From positions 10,169 to 74,168 of the forward strand of contig JAHEFF010000006.1 in the NCBI GenBank assembly GCA_024640315.1: DNA of 64,000 nt, written 5' to 3'. Positions 45,557 through 55,238 of the stretch are shown in pieces. Every line of letters begins with the position of its first letter. Within the stretch, counting starts at the first letter, position 1. The DNA is from Woeseiaceae bacterium. GTDB lineage: Bacteria > Pseudomonadota > Gammaproteobacteria > Steroidobacterales > Woeseiaceae. The position numbers and the translations under genes are program-made. The notes below the pieces were generated by a model. The model did no database searches and was not told where the DNA came from. It saw nothing but the letters and a program-made list of their open reading frames with translations.

Positions 45557-47032
45557 CTAGGGCCGCGCAGCGAACTCGAAAATCTGCTCGAGCGCCCTGG
45601 CGACCGCGAGCAGATCCCGGTCCGACCCTTCCGGGCCGTCGATTTCGATGCCCACGGGCAAGCCGCCAGCGGTCAGACCGATTGGCAGGCTGATTCCCGG
45701 CAATGCGGCAATACTCGCCGGATCCGTATTGTGAATGTAGGTCGGAAACGTCGGTACCTGTTCGCCATTCAGCTCGACCGATTCCTGGCTGCCTTCGATC
45801 GACCTGGCGGGCAACAAGGTCGTTGGAAAAATCATGCCATCGAGATCATTCTCATCGAAGTATTTGCGAAACATGCTGCGCATTTCTTCTCGTGCAGACA
45901 GGGCGTTCCTGTAAACCGGTTCCGGCACCTGCCCTTCGACGGTACCGAGCATTTGAAACAAGCCCTGTACATCGGGGCTTGCTGCAGCCGCACCTATCGC
46001 CGCGAAGTCCTTGCCGGTTTTGTACCGCTCAAGATAAGCCGGAAGATCAGCCACAACCTCGTACAAAGCGATCGGAAACGCACTTTGTGTATTTAGCCCG
46101 CCAACATCGCCAGGCTCCACGTCAACAAGCGTTACCCCGGCATCGCGCAACTTGCTGAGTGCCGCTTCGACGGCTGCTGACAGCGACTCATCGACATTTT
46201 CAAAGTAATAGTCTCGGGCAACACCGAGGCGTATATCCGTCGGCGATTTCATTGCAATGCTCGCGCCGCCCGGTTCGACGACCTGGTCCATAAGGATCAC
46301 GTCGGCGACATTCCTTGCGATGATTCCTACTGTGTCGCGGGTATGCGATATCGGCGTGACAGCGGACGAGTCATAGCGATCCGTGCTTGGGCGAAATCCG
46401 ACAACGCCCGTCAGCGCAGCCGGGATGCGCACCGAACCGCCGGTGTCGGTGCCAAGACCAGCCGGCGCCAGTCCGGCAGATATCGCAGCAGCCGTGCCAC
46501 CGCTGCTGCCGCCGGCAAACAAAGACGTATCGAACGGATTCGCAACGGCTCCATAAGCCGCGTTGTCGCTGGTGATACCGAATGCCAACTCGTGAAGATT
46601 GGTCTTGGCAAGAATGATTGCCCCGGCGTCGCGCAAAGCAGCGACCGCCGGACTATCGGCAGCGGGCGTAAAATCTGCCAATCCGGGCGTGCCGGCAGTA
46701 TTCTTCAGTCCTGCGACGTGAATATTGTCCTTTACGACCAACGGGATACCGTGCATCGGTCCCAGCACATTGCCCTGGCTTCGCATTTCGTCGAGTTCAA
46801 GCGCACGTTTCATCGCGCCGTCTGCATCGATGGTAATGAAAGCGTTCAAACCATCGGCCTCCGTCGCACGACGCAGTAGTTCAGTAACAATCGCAACGCT
46901 CGTGGTTTCACCCGCTCCCAGCATGGCAGCCAGCTCCGTTGCAGCCGGATAGTCGGGCACGGGTTTCATCACCTGTTCCTCGGCACAGCCGAACATCAGC
47001 GCTGCCATTGCCAGTAAAGAAATATTCTTCAT
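45557..47032 (-). CDS. amidase-signature family amidase, lipoprotein/periplasmic
   Basis: 491 aa. Lipobox LMFGC and amidase signature GGSSGGTAAAISAGLAPAGLGTDTGGSVRIPAA. Confidence 0.9.
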   Translation of the reverse strand: MKNISLLAMAALMFGCAEEQVMKPVPDYPAATELAAMLGAGETTSVAIVTELLRRATEADGLNAFITIDADGAMKRALELDEMRSQGNVLGPMHGIPLVVKDNIHVAGLKNTAGTPGLADFTPAADSPAVAALRDAGAIILAKTNLHELAFGITSDNAAYGAVANPFDTSLFAGGSSGGTAAAISAGLAPAGLGTDTGGSVRIPAALTGVVGFRPSTDRYDSSAVTPISHTRDTVGIIARNVADVILMDQVVEPGGASIAMKSPTDIRLGVARDYYFENVDESLSAAVEAALSKLRDAGVTLVDVEPGDVGGLNTQSAFPIALYEVVADLPAYLERYKTGKDFAAIGAAAASPDVQGLFQMLGTVEGQVPEPVYRNALSAREEMRSMFRKYFDENDLDGMIFPTTLLPARSIEGSQESVELNGEQVPTFPTYIHNTDPASIAALPGISLPIGLTAGGLPVGIEIDGPEGSDRDLLAVARALEQIFEFAARP

Positions 47033-48588
47033 GAATTCTCGCCTGTTTCACTTCTGACCAATTGCGCAGAATACGCAGCACGATCAATTTGTGCTCGAGC
47101 ACTATTGTCCGCGACGGATACCAGGATCGTCACAGCAAATGCAGCAGCAACTGAAAATAATGTGGGATAGGCGTACGGAAATATCGCCACCTTGTTACCC
47201 AGCACATTGACCCAGACCGTCGGGCTAAGGACCACCAGTACAATAACCACAACGAGCCCCGTCACGCCGCCTGCAACAGCACCCCGGGTCGTCAGGCCTC
47301 GCCAGAAAAGCGCAAGAAATATTGCCGGGAAATTAACACTCGCGGCAATAGCCAGCGCGATCGTTGATAACACTGCAACATTGACGTTCTTGAACAGAAC
47401 GCTCATGCCGATAGCAATTGCGCCAATAATGACGGTGGCAATTCGCGACACCCTGACTTCGGCGTCGTCGGAAATATCGCCCTTGCGGATGACGCGGGCA
47501 TAGAAATCATGGGCCACGGCGGCCGATGCAGACAGGAGAATTCCCGCAACGACGGCGAGAATAGTGGCGAATGCGACCGCCGCAATAAGACCAAAGAAGA
47601 TCTCGCCACCAACCAGCCGCGACAGGTAAATGGAAACCATGTTGACGCCACCACTGATCCGCCCTGCGTCGTCGACATACTCCGGCTGGCCAATCAGCAA
47701 CGCGATCGCTCCTATCCCGACGATCATGATTGCAGCTTGAAAATAACCAATAATAACAACCGCATAGCCAATGGATCGACGTGCCTGCCTGGCGTCGGGC
47801 ACAGTAAAAAAGCGCATCAACACGTGCGGCAGGCCCGCTGTTCCACAGATAAATGCCAGGCCCAGCGACACAACGCTGATCGGGTCACTGTAGAGAACCC
47901 CCGGCTGAAATATACCTTTGCCCCTCGGATGCGCGTCGCTGGCACTCCGGAAAAGCGAATCGATGCTAAAGCCGAACTTCGATAAGACGAGCACCAGCAG
48001 CACGGTACCTCCGGCGAGCAACAAAACCGCCTTGGTGACCTGAACCCATGTCGTCGCCAGCATGCCGCCGAACACCACGTAAATCGTCATCAGCGTGCCG
48101 ACAATCAGTACCGCACCCAAATAAGGAATATTAAAAAGCGTTTCGATCAGGGAGCCGGCTCCGACCATCTGCGCGATCAGGTACGGTATCGCCACCGTCA
48201 GCGTTCCGGCGGCTGCAAGCACTCGCATTCGTTCCGGCTGCAGGCGAAAAGCAACAACATCTGCAAATGTATAGCGACCGAGGTTGCGCATTCGGTCCGC
48301 AAACGCGAAAAGAATGAATGCCCAACTGACGGTAATCGCCACCGTGTAGAGCATCGCATCGGCGCCGCCAATGAATGCGAGGCCGGTCAGGCCGAGAAAC
48401 GTCGCCGCCGACATGAAATCGCCTGCCAGCGCGAGACCATTCTGGAAGCCGGTGATTTTTCCGCCCGCCGTGTAAAACTCACCGGCGGAATGCGTTTTCT
48501 TTGCGGCCCACCAGGTAATGAACAGACTCAGCGATACGAATGCAACGAATACGACGATCGCCGTGACGTTTGTGCCACCGCCGATCAT
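47029..48588 (-). CDS. sodium:solute symporter (ActP-like monocarboxylate permease)
   Basis: 519 aa, about 13 TM. FYTAGG...GLALAGDFMSAATFLG is typical of ActP-type SSS. ATGA coupling on both sides. Confidence 0.88.
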   Translation of the reverse strand: MIGGGTNVTAIVVFVAFVSLSLFITWWAAKKTHSAGEFYTAGGKITGFQNGLALAGDFMSAATFLGLTGLAFIGGADAMLYTVAITVSWAFILFAFADRMRNLGRYTFADVVAFRLQPERMRVLAAAGTLTVAIPYLIAQMVGAGSLIETLFNIPYLGAVLIVGTLMTIYVVFGGMLATTWVQVTKAVLLLAGGTVLLVLVLSKFGFSIDSLFRSASDAHPRGKGIFQPGVLYSDPISVVSLGLAFICGTAGLPHVLMRFFTVPDARQARRSIGYAVVIIGYFQAAIMIVGIGAIALLIGQPEYVDDAGRISGGVNMVSIYLSRLVGGEIFFGLIAAVAFATILAVVAGILLSASAAVAHDFYARVIRKGDISDDAEVRVSRIATVIIGAIAIGMSVLFKNVNVAVLSTIALAIAASVNFPAIFLALFWRGLTTRGAVAGGVTGLVVVIVLVVLSPTVWVNVLGNKVAIFPYAYPTLFSVAAAFAVTILVSVADNSARAQIDRAAYSAQLVRSETGENS

Positions 48589-48881
48589 CGGTGTTTATCC
48601 TGCTCGAGTGCCTCGTCCGCCTCAAGCCGATTCACCACACGGACATAGACCATTGAAAGCACGATTGACATCGCAATGATCAAAAACCCGACCGCCATGC
48701 CCCAGGGAAGCGCGATGCCCATGAAGGGTGCCGCATACGCTTCAGCGAAATAGATGCCGCCGATTCCCCAAACAAGGTAGGCGCCGATCAACAAACCGGA
48801 TAGTCCCCAGCGCCACCGGCTGCGGCGGACGAGAAGTCTCTGAAATTCCGGATCCTTAAGTAGTTCCGTCTCTCCGCCCAT
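48585..48881 (-). CDS. DUF485 (YjcH-like) inner-membrane protein
   Basis: 98 aa with two TM helices and FQRLLVRRSRWRW. It is the usual partner immediately upstream of ActP-type symporters. Confidence 0.85.
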   Translation of the reverse strand: MGGETELLKDPEFQRLLVRRSRWRWGLSGLLIGAYLVWGIGGIYFAEAYAAPFMGIALPWGMAVGFLIIAMSIVLSMVYVRVVNRLEADEALEQDKHR

Positions 48882-48894
48882 TGATCCCTCGCTT

Positions 48895-49341
48895 TTAGTT
48901 ATTTTTTGTCAGCTCGGCTGCCAGCAATGGTAGCTCATCGGCCAGGCTGTTGAGGATAAGTTCACGCGCTGCGGCGGGATCAGGTTCAGGATCGTCTCTT
49001 AACGAGGCCACTTCCGCTTCGGTAAACGGCTCAAACCGGTCGGGCAACTGACCCTCACTGTAAGTCTGTAACAACCAGTTCATCAGCTCGGCGATTTCGC
49101 TGTCACTCAAAGCAGACCTCGACACACCAGGCACCCGGATCAGGAAGTCCCTTCCCTCTTGCGAGTGAAGGAAGTAACCGGAGAAATCTTTAATCGGTGG
49201 CACCCTGCCTTCGAAGCCAGCGGCCTCCGGCAAATGACATCCCTGGCAATGCAACATGAAATTTACCTCTGCACGCCGGTCATCGGCGAGCGCACAGCTG
49301 CCCAGCAGCGCAACGAGGACTGTCAGTCGGGCTAGGGCCAC
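48895..49341 (-). CDS. monohaem c-type cytochrome (paralogue of 49332..49832)
   Basis: 148 aa, GTG start, signal peptide. Single CQGCH, followed by LPEAAGFEGRVPPI...GRDFLIRV, which is shared with the neighbouring cytochrome. Confidence 0.75.
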   Translation of the reverse strand: MALARLTVLVALLGSCALADDRRAEVNFMLHCQGCHLPEAAGFEGRVPPIKDFSGYFLHSQEGRDFLIRVPGVSRSALSDSEIAELMNWLLQTYSEGQLPDRFEPFTEAEVASLRDDPEPDPAAARELILNSLADELPLLAAELTKNN

Positions 49342-49832
49342 TTGTCGCCGTGCTTGCTGACCAACTCACTTCTGAGCTGACCGGCACCTGCCGGACTCTT
49401 CTGCGTAATGCCAGCCTGAACCTTTTCGACTTCTTCCGCGGCAAATGGCTCGATCCCGGATGAATCCGCATCATTTAGCTCGAAGACGACGTAGTTAAGC
49501 GCTGCCGCAATATCATCTGCTGACATTGCGCCCGTGTTGCCTGCCATAACACCGAAGTATTGCATGCCGTCGACCTTTATCGTGCCCATGAGACCGTAGG
49601 TCACCACGGTGATGAGATAGTCACGCCCACCCTCCAGTCCCGCAATCGTTGCCGCCCGATTCCTGATCGGCGGAAAAGCACCGGGCACGCCAGCGCCATC
49701 AGGCAGATGGCAAGCCGAGCACGTCGCGAAAGCGTCGGCGCTGTATTCGCCTGAACTTTCGTCCGCAACCGACAAGCGCCCGATCGAAATCGCAAGCCAG
49801 CCCGCTACTACAATCCAGAGAAAGCGTTTCAT
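49332..49832 (-). CDS. monohaem c-type cytochrome
   Basis: Trimmed to MKRFLWIVVAGWLAISIG (ATGA overlap with the light-chain stop). Single CSACH, followed by LPDGAGVPGAFPPI...GRDYLITV. Confidence 0.8.
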   Translation of the reverse strand: MKRFLWIVVAGWLAISIGRLSVADESSGEYSADAFATCSACHLPDGAGVPGAFPPIRNRAATIAGLEGGRDYLITVVTYGLMGTIKVDGMQYFGVMAGNTGAMSADDIAAALNYVVFELNDADSSGIEPFAAEEVEKVQAGITQKSPAGAGQLRSELVSKHGDKWP

Positions 49833-50353
49833 TCGTCGAGCGCCGCGCCGATGACAATCGCAGTCGAGCAGTGATAAGTATTGCTGCTCGTGCCAAGGCA
49901 CCAATTGAGGTCATTGGAAACGCGCGGGTTGTATACCGGCCGATCACCTTCATTCCGCTGACAGAGGCAGTTGCCGCAGGACGACTTACCGCAGCAGTCG
50001 TTGTACGAAATGATATAGCTCTTGCCATCCACCGGGTTCTCGCAGGTACCGATCCAGGTAATCGGTGACATTTCGGTTCCTGGTGGGCAGGAATTCATCG
50101 AACCACCGCAGCAGCCGCAAAGAAAACCATCGATCGCACAGTAGCGCCAGTACTCGCAGCTTGCAGGATCACCCTCTTCCCGGGGAGCAGGGTTTTCCTG
50201 CGATCGGGCAACGGGAAGAAGCGGTACGGTGACGGCACCACCGACAACCACGCCTGCCACTTTGCCAAGGAAACCGCGCCTCGACGTTTTTTGCGAAATA
50301 CTGCGTGCAGTATTTTCCGCTGTCTTATCAAGCCATCCATCCAGCCATTTCAT
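49829..50353 (-). CDS. mauA: TTQ-dependent amine dehydrogenase, light (small) subunit
   Basis: 174 aa. Tat-like leader SRRGFLGKVAG and Cys-rich core CEYWRYCAIDGFLCGCCGG..CPPGT..SPITWIGTCENP..DCCGK..NDLNWCLG. Both TTQ tryptophans are conserved relative to MauA/AauA as I recall them. Confidence 0.9.
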   Translation of the reverse strand: MKWLDGWLDKTAENTARSISQKTSRRGFLGKVAGVVVGGAVTVPLLPVARSQENPAPREEGDPASCEYWRYCAIDGFLCGCCGGSMNSCPPGTEMSPITWIGTCENPVDGKSYIISYNDCCGKSSCGNCLCQRNEGDRPVYNPRVSNDLNWCLGTSSNTYHCSTAIVIGAALDE

Positions 50354-50373
50354 GATTTCAGTCCTCAGTTCTC

Positions 50374-51510
50374 TTATTCTGCGCCGTACAGCATCAGCAC
50401 CGTTTCGGCGGCGAAGTTGTTGAGTGTTCTCTGGTACTCGCCACTTTTGGCAGTGTATATATCCAGTTCGAGATTGACATTCGTGACCAGCAACAAAGGA
50501 TCGTCATCGTTTGTCATTCCCATGCTGATGGCAGGCAGCTGCAATTCGATGCGGTCGACGCGACGTTTATTCTCGACGTCAAATACCCACACCTCCGTGC
50601 CCGGGTCCTTGTGCGACCCTTCGTAGCCATCAGGATGCATCAATACATACATCCGGCCGTCGGAATCTCTCTCGGTCACCTGGATGCCGCCGGGTCGCCA
50701 TCCCTCGTCACCGTCGCCAAGCAATGACCATTCCCGACCCACTTCCGGTTCCGAGCCATTCAGATCAACAGGAACGACGCGACCAAGAAAAGTCGGAAAA
50801 TAGGCAACACCATCAATCATTACCGCTTTCTCCATGATCGGATCGTTGTTCGCGTCGAAGAACACGCCGGTCCTGGCAGTTGATGCCTGCTCACCGTTTT
50901 CATCGAGTTGTACGCTCATCATTGAACCATCGGTGCACAACGACGCAAAAGCGCGTCCCGCCATCGGGTAAACCAGCGAGCAACCCGGAATTGGTATTTC
51001 CGCAAGGAACTCACGATTGACGATGTCGACCACTGAAACCGATGTCGCCGGCGTGAAGTTATAAATCAACGCCAGCTTTTCGTCGTCCACCAACTGGAGG
51101 TGGTAATTCGTCGGCATGGCGCTTGCACGTTTTGGCGGGATCACAACCTCGCCAATCGGCGCCAGATTGTCCTTGCCATAGATCGTCAGTACGTCCGTGC
51201 GTTCACCGCGCGACCCCCGTGAACGAAAGGTCTCGAGAATGTACATCTCGGGCCGGGTGGTCGCCTGGGTGAACTGCGCTATGAATGCGCCATTGAATAT
51301 GCCTTTAACGCGCGTCGCCGCATCATCCGATTCCGCATCAAGCACGTAAAACTTGCCATCGCTCATGTGAAAGAAAGCCACGTCGTGGGCAATAATCCAG
51401 TGTGCCGGCCATGGCGCCGGCAAGGTCTGAATCACGCCCGTTGGTTCGGGCTGAACCTGCCCGAACGCCGACGACGAGAATATCACTGTCAATAATATTA
51501 ATTGTTTCAT
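50374..51510 (-). CDS. mauB: TTQ-dependent amine dehydrogenase, heavy (large) subunit, 7-bladed propeller
   Basis: Has RGERTD, GWRPGG and overall colinearity with MauB. Start chosen at MKQLILLTVIFSSSAFG (51510, 4 nt after the ALDH stop). The track start 51528 is the alternative. Confidence 0.87.
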   Translation of the reverse strand: MKQLILLTVIFSSSAFGQVQPEPTGVIQTLPAPWPAHWIIAHDVAFFHMSDGKFYVLDAESDDAATRVKGIFNGAFIAQFTQATTRPEMYILETFRSRGSRGERTDVLTIYGKDNLAPIGEVVIPPKRASAMPTNYHLQLVDDEKLALIYNFTPATSVSVVDIVNREFLAEIPIPGCSLVYPMAGRAFASLCTDGSMMSVQLDENGEQASTARTGVFFDANNDPIMEKAVMIDGVAYFPTFLGRVVPVDLNGSEPEVGREWSLLGDGDEGWRPGGIQVTERDSDGRMYVLMHPDGYEGSHKDPGTEVWVFDVENKRRVDRIELQLPAISMGMTNDDDPLLLVTNVNLELDIYTAKSGEYQRTLNNFAAETVLMLYGAE

Positions 51511-51514
51511 GATG

Positions 51515-52933
51515 TTATGCCGCTGCATTGATTATCTTGATCGAGGTATATGCCGCCAGTCCCTCCTCGGCGAACTCAACACCAAGGCCCGAGCACTTAA
51601 TGCCGCCAAACGGAACATGCGGTTGAATCTCGGCATGCTTGTTGATGAATACGGTGCCCGCTTCAAGTCGCGCCGCGACCCTTGCACACTCATCCGCATC
51701 CGATCCCCATACCGATGCATCGAGACCGAAGTCGAGTGCATTTGCACGCTCGATCGCATCGTCGATATCGGTGTAGGTGATGATCGGCAGCACAGGCCCG
51801 AACTGTTCCTCGTCCACCAGGCGAACGCCGTCTGATATACCGGTTACGAAAGTCACCGGGTAGAAATAGTTGGGGCCTCCTGTCGGCTCGCCGCCTGTGA
51901 CACAGGTGCCGCCATTCGCCTTGGCGTCTTCGACCAATTCGATGACACGCTTGAACTGGCGCTCATTCTGCAGTGGCCCGAGAATGCTGCCCTCATCCAT
52001 GCCGTCGCCCATCGGAATATTCGCCGCAAACCCGGACAATGCTGCCACCGTCGCGTCGAGATCATCCTCGTGTACATAAAGTCGTTTCAGTGCCCCACAG
52101 GTCTGACCCGAGTTGATCATCGAGCCAAAGAACAGGCCTTCCGCAAACTTCGCGGGATCTTCCCCAGGCAGCAAGATGCCGGCATCGTTGCCGCCAAGCT
52201 CCAGTGTCACTGGCGTGACGCCTTCCGCCGCGCTGGCCATGACCTTTTTGCCGGTCGCGATGGAGCCGGTGAAGACGATCTTGTCGATACCTTCATGGGT
52301 CGTCAGTTCGGCACCAAGTTCGTCGCCACCGGAAACCACGTTGACCAGGCCCGGCGGCAAGACTTCGTTAAACAACTCAATCATTCGCAACGTGCTAAGC
52401 GGCGTGAACGGAGACGGTTTGATGACGACTGTGTTGCCCGTTCGAATCCCGGGAACGATATGCCAGATTGCGATGATCAGGGGCCAGTTCCACGGAGTGA
52501 TCGAGCCAACAACACCGAGCGGGACTCGTTTCTGGATCACATGCCGTTCATCACTGTCCTCGATGACTTTGTCGGGCAAACTCAATGAACCGGTATATCC
52601 CGCCCAACCGGCACAACCACCCATTTCGAACCTTGAACCAATGCCACCAAGCGGTTTGCCCTGCTCTTTGGTCAGTAACACCGCAAGCTCATCGGCGTGC
52701 TCGGTACAAACGCCGGCAATCGCATTGCAGGCGTTCACGCGTTCTTCTTCGCTGGAAAAGCGCCAGGACTTGTAAGCCTTGGCTGCTGCAGCAATTGCCT
52801 TGTCCAGGTGTTTTTTTGTGCCTACAGGTGCCTGACCGACGACCTCTTCTGTGTTTGCGGGGTTTCGAACATCCACGTAGGAATCCGCGGTTACGGTCTC
52901 CCCACCAATTGTCATCTCGTATTTCTTACTCAT
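51515..52933 (-). CDS. NAD(P)+-dependent aldehyde dehydrogenase
   Basis: 472 aa. Contains FTGS...GKKV, LELGGND and GQTCGALKRLYV (catalytic Cys). Confidence 0.92.
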   Translation of the reverse strand: MSKKYEMTIGGETVTADSYVDVRNPANTEEVVGQAPVGTKKHLDKAIAAAAKAYKSWRFSSEEERVNACNAIAGVCTEHADELAVLLTKEQGKPLGGIGSRFEMGGCAGWAGYTGSLSLPDKVIEDSDERHVIQKRVPLGVVGSITPWNWPLIIAIWHIVPGIRTGNTVVIKPSPFTPLSTLRMIELFNEVLPPGLVNVVSGGDELGAELTTHEGIDKIVFTGSIATGKKVMASAAEGVTPVTLELGGNDAGILLPGEDPAKFAEGLFFGSMINSGQTCGALKRLYVHEDDLDATVAALSGFAANIPMGDGMDEGSILGPLQNERQFKRVIELVEDAKANGGTCVTGGEPTGGPNYFYPVTFVTGISDGVRLVDEEQFGPVLPIITYTDIDDAIERANALDFGLDASVWGSDADECARVAARLEAGTVFINKHAEIQPHVPFGGIKCSGLGVEFAEEGLAAYTSIKIINAAA

Positions 52934-52946
52934 TTCGCACCTCGTT

Positions 52947-53960
52947 TCAGTGATTCAAATAATCTTCAGCAAGCTCGCAGGCTGCCGCCAGGATCATCGG
53001 CGTTAGCTCTCTCGCTGTTTCCGTCTCTTGGCGGGTATGTACCCACCCAATGTATGTAAAGCCGCGCGCCAGGAAAAAGAGCGGCAGCATTTCCAGTTCT
53101 TCATCGGTCAGTCGCCGACGTTTTCTGTAGCCGGCAATCAGCGCATCTTTTGCCTGCTGGAAGTACGATTCCTCTTGAATGAAATAGAGGGATGTCGCAA
53201 GTTCAAAAAGGTGCCAACCGAAACCGGCATCATCGAAATCGATCAGGCGCACTTCGTTGCCATCGACCATGACATTTTCCGGCGCGAAATCCGCATGGAT
53301 CATGCTGTAGTTATCCGGTGATTTCGCCAGGGCACTGAGATCCTGAAAGACCCGGTCGCGGCCGCGTTGCAGCATTTCGGTCTCTGATTTCGATGCGGCC
53401 GCCAGGTTCCAGAATTGCCCCCAGAAGGGATTCTCGCCTGCCAGTCCTTCGGCATCCCAGGCGTGGCGGACAAATCCCTCCGGCAACCGCCATGACGTTG
53501 CCTGGTTGTGAACTCTCGCCGCAAGTTCGCCAATGGCGCCGTAAGTCGATTCGACCTCGGCGATATCCGCGACGCCCTCTTCAACCGAGCCGAGTTGCTT
53601 GCCGTCGATCCATTCGAACAGGTCGATTTGCAGCGTGCCCGGCAGAGTGTCGCCCGAATAGTCGACAAACAGATCGCCCGACAGCGCCGGAATGACATTC
53701 GGCACCAGGACACCTGATTCCGACAGCGCCTGCATCCATTGCAGCTCGGAGCGCAATTCGTCGTCGGTGTGGTAGCCGTGCCGGTGCAAACGCAGCGCCG
53801 CCCTGAAGTCGTCCTTTTCCACCTTGAATACCGCATTTTCGCGATGCTTGATCAGCTTGAGCGAAGCACCGCTGAGACCCCATTGTTGCAGCGCGTCGTG
53901 GCCGGCAAGTTCGAGTCGTCTCACCCGTTGCTCAGGCGTCAGTTTAAAGAAATCAGTCAT
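52947..53960 (-). CDS. APH/homoserine-kinase-type-II fold small-molecule kinase (amino-alcohol kinase candidate)
   Basis: 337 aa. Catalytic loop HADFAPENV (HxDxxxxN) and metal-binding IDFDD. Confidence 0.85.
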   Translation of the reverse strand: MTDFFKLTPEQRVRRLELAGHDALQQWGLSGASLKLIKHRENAVFKVEKDDFRAALRLHRHGYHTDDELRSELQWMQALSESGVLVPNVIPALSGDLFVDYSGDTLPGTLQIDLFEWIDGKQLGSVEEGVADIAEVESTYGAIGELAARVHNQATSWRLPEGFVRHAWDAEGLAGENPFWGQFWNLAAASKSETEMLQRGRDRVFQDLSALAKSPDNYSMIHADFAPENVMVDGNEVRLIDFDDAGFGWHLFELATSLYFIQEESYFQQAKDALIAGYRKRRRLTDEELEMLPLFFLARGFTYIGWVHTRQETETARELTPMILAAACELAEDYLNH

Positions 53961-55237
53961 ACCGCCGCCATCACTTCGTCGAGAGTTGCTGCCAGAAAAT
54001 CCGCGTTATCTTTGGAGAAACACAGTGGCGGTCGTAGCTTCAGCACGTTGTCGTGCTCACCTATCTTGCTCATCAGCACACCCTTGTGGCGCATTGCATT
54101 GACGATAGTCCGCGCCTTGTCTGCCGCTGGCTCCTTAGTCTCGCGATCGTTGACCAGGTCTATACCGAAGAACAGGCCACTCCCGCGAACGTCGCCGATC
54201 ATGTCGTGCCGGCTTTGGAGTTCTTTGAATTTTTCAAGCACGTAGTCACCGACTTCAGCTGCATTGGCGACAAGTCCTTCGTCGTCGATGACGTCCAGAA
54301 CTGCCATTGCTACGGCGCAGGAAACAGGGTTGCCGCCGAACGTATTGAAATACATCTCGTGACGTCGATAGTTGTCGAGCAATTCTCCCCTTGCGACCAC
54401 CCCGGAGACAGGGTGGCCGGCACCCATGGGTTTACCGAGTGTGACAATATCCGGAATAACGCCGCTTTCTTCATAGCCCCACCAGCGCCCGGTACGACCG
54501 AAACCCGACTGGACTTCGTCCGCGATATAAACGCCACCGGCCGCGTGAACGTAGTCGATCGCTTTGCGCATATAGCCGTCCGGAATGTTTGGCAAGCCTT
54601 CGTTCGCAAAAATAGGACAGGCAATCATGCCTGCGAGCTTGATTCCGTTGGCTTCCAGGGAGTTGATCGCTGTTTCGATCTCGTCGGCATACACATCGGC
54701 CAGCGCTTCGCCTTCCAGGCCGTCGGCCGCACGATATGAATCGGGCCAGGACACCATGCGAATATTGTCGCCATAGCCACCAACCGGTTCGAATATGGAG
54801 CTGAGCTGCGCAACTGCCGTTGTATTGCCGTGGTAGGTCGCGTTGGTACAAATAAAACCCTCACCACCTGAATTTACCCGGGCGATCCGCAGAGCAAGAT
54901 CGTTTGCTTCACTACCCGTGCAAGCGATCGCGACGCGATCGAGGCCGTCATCAAACTTGTTGAGCAGACATTCTGCGTAGTCGAGTATGTTTTCGTGCAA
55001 ATAACGCGTATGCGTGTTGAGCGTACCTGCCTGCGCGCAAAGCGCTCCGACAACACGTGGATGGCAATGACCGACACAGGGCACATTGTTATAGCAGTCG
55101 AGATATTTGTTTCCGTCCGCATCGTGCAACCAGACGCCCTCGCCCCTGACGAGGTGAACCGGGGCGTCATAGAACAGGGGGTTGCCCGGCCCGAGGAGCC
55201 GTTCCCGTCGCTCGACCAGTTCCTGCACATTCGTCAT
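53957..55237 (-). CDS. class-III aminotransferase-fold PLP enzyme, AGXT2L-like (O-phospho-amino-alcohol phospho-lyase candidate)
   Basis: Trimmed to MTNVQELVERR; the 68-aa Arg-rich extension in the track overlaps the SDR gene. Has IADEVQSGFGRTG and PDIVTLGKPMGAGHP (PLP lysine). Confidence 0.87.
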   Translation of the reverse strand: MTNVQELVERRERLLGPGNPLFYDAPVHLVRGEGVWLHDADGNKYLDCYNNVPCVGHCHPRVVGALCAQAGTLNTHTRYLHENILDYAECLLNKFDDGLDRVAIACTGSEANDLALRIARVNSGGEGFICTNATYHGNTTAVAQLSSIFEPVGGYGDNIRMVSWPDSYRAADGLEGEALADVYADEIETAINSLEANGIKLAGMIACPIFANEGLPNIPDGYMRKAIDYVHAAGGVYIADEVQSGFGRTGRWWGYEESGVIPDIVTLGKPMGAGHPVSGVVARGELLDNYRRHEMYFNTFGGNPVSCAVAMAVLDVIDDEGLVANAAEVGDYVLEKFKELQSRHDMIGDVRGSGLFFGIDLVNDRETKEPAADKARTIVNAMRHKGVLMSKIGEHDNVLKLRPPLCFSKDNADFLAATLDEVMAAV

Positions 55238-55238
55238 G

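Noticed and set aside
45206-46096. 296-aa plus-strand ORF spanning the AT-rich spacer
   Set aside because: It runs antisense through the TBDR start, the intergenic region and the amidase 3' end. It has no motif, and both opposite-strand genes are solid.
49332-49904. Could one of the cytochromes be a MauG substitute?
   Set aside because: Each has a single CxxCH and is 148-166 aa. MauG is a ~40-kDa di-haem peroxidase-like protein. They are better interpreted as electron acceptors.
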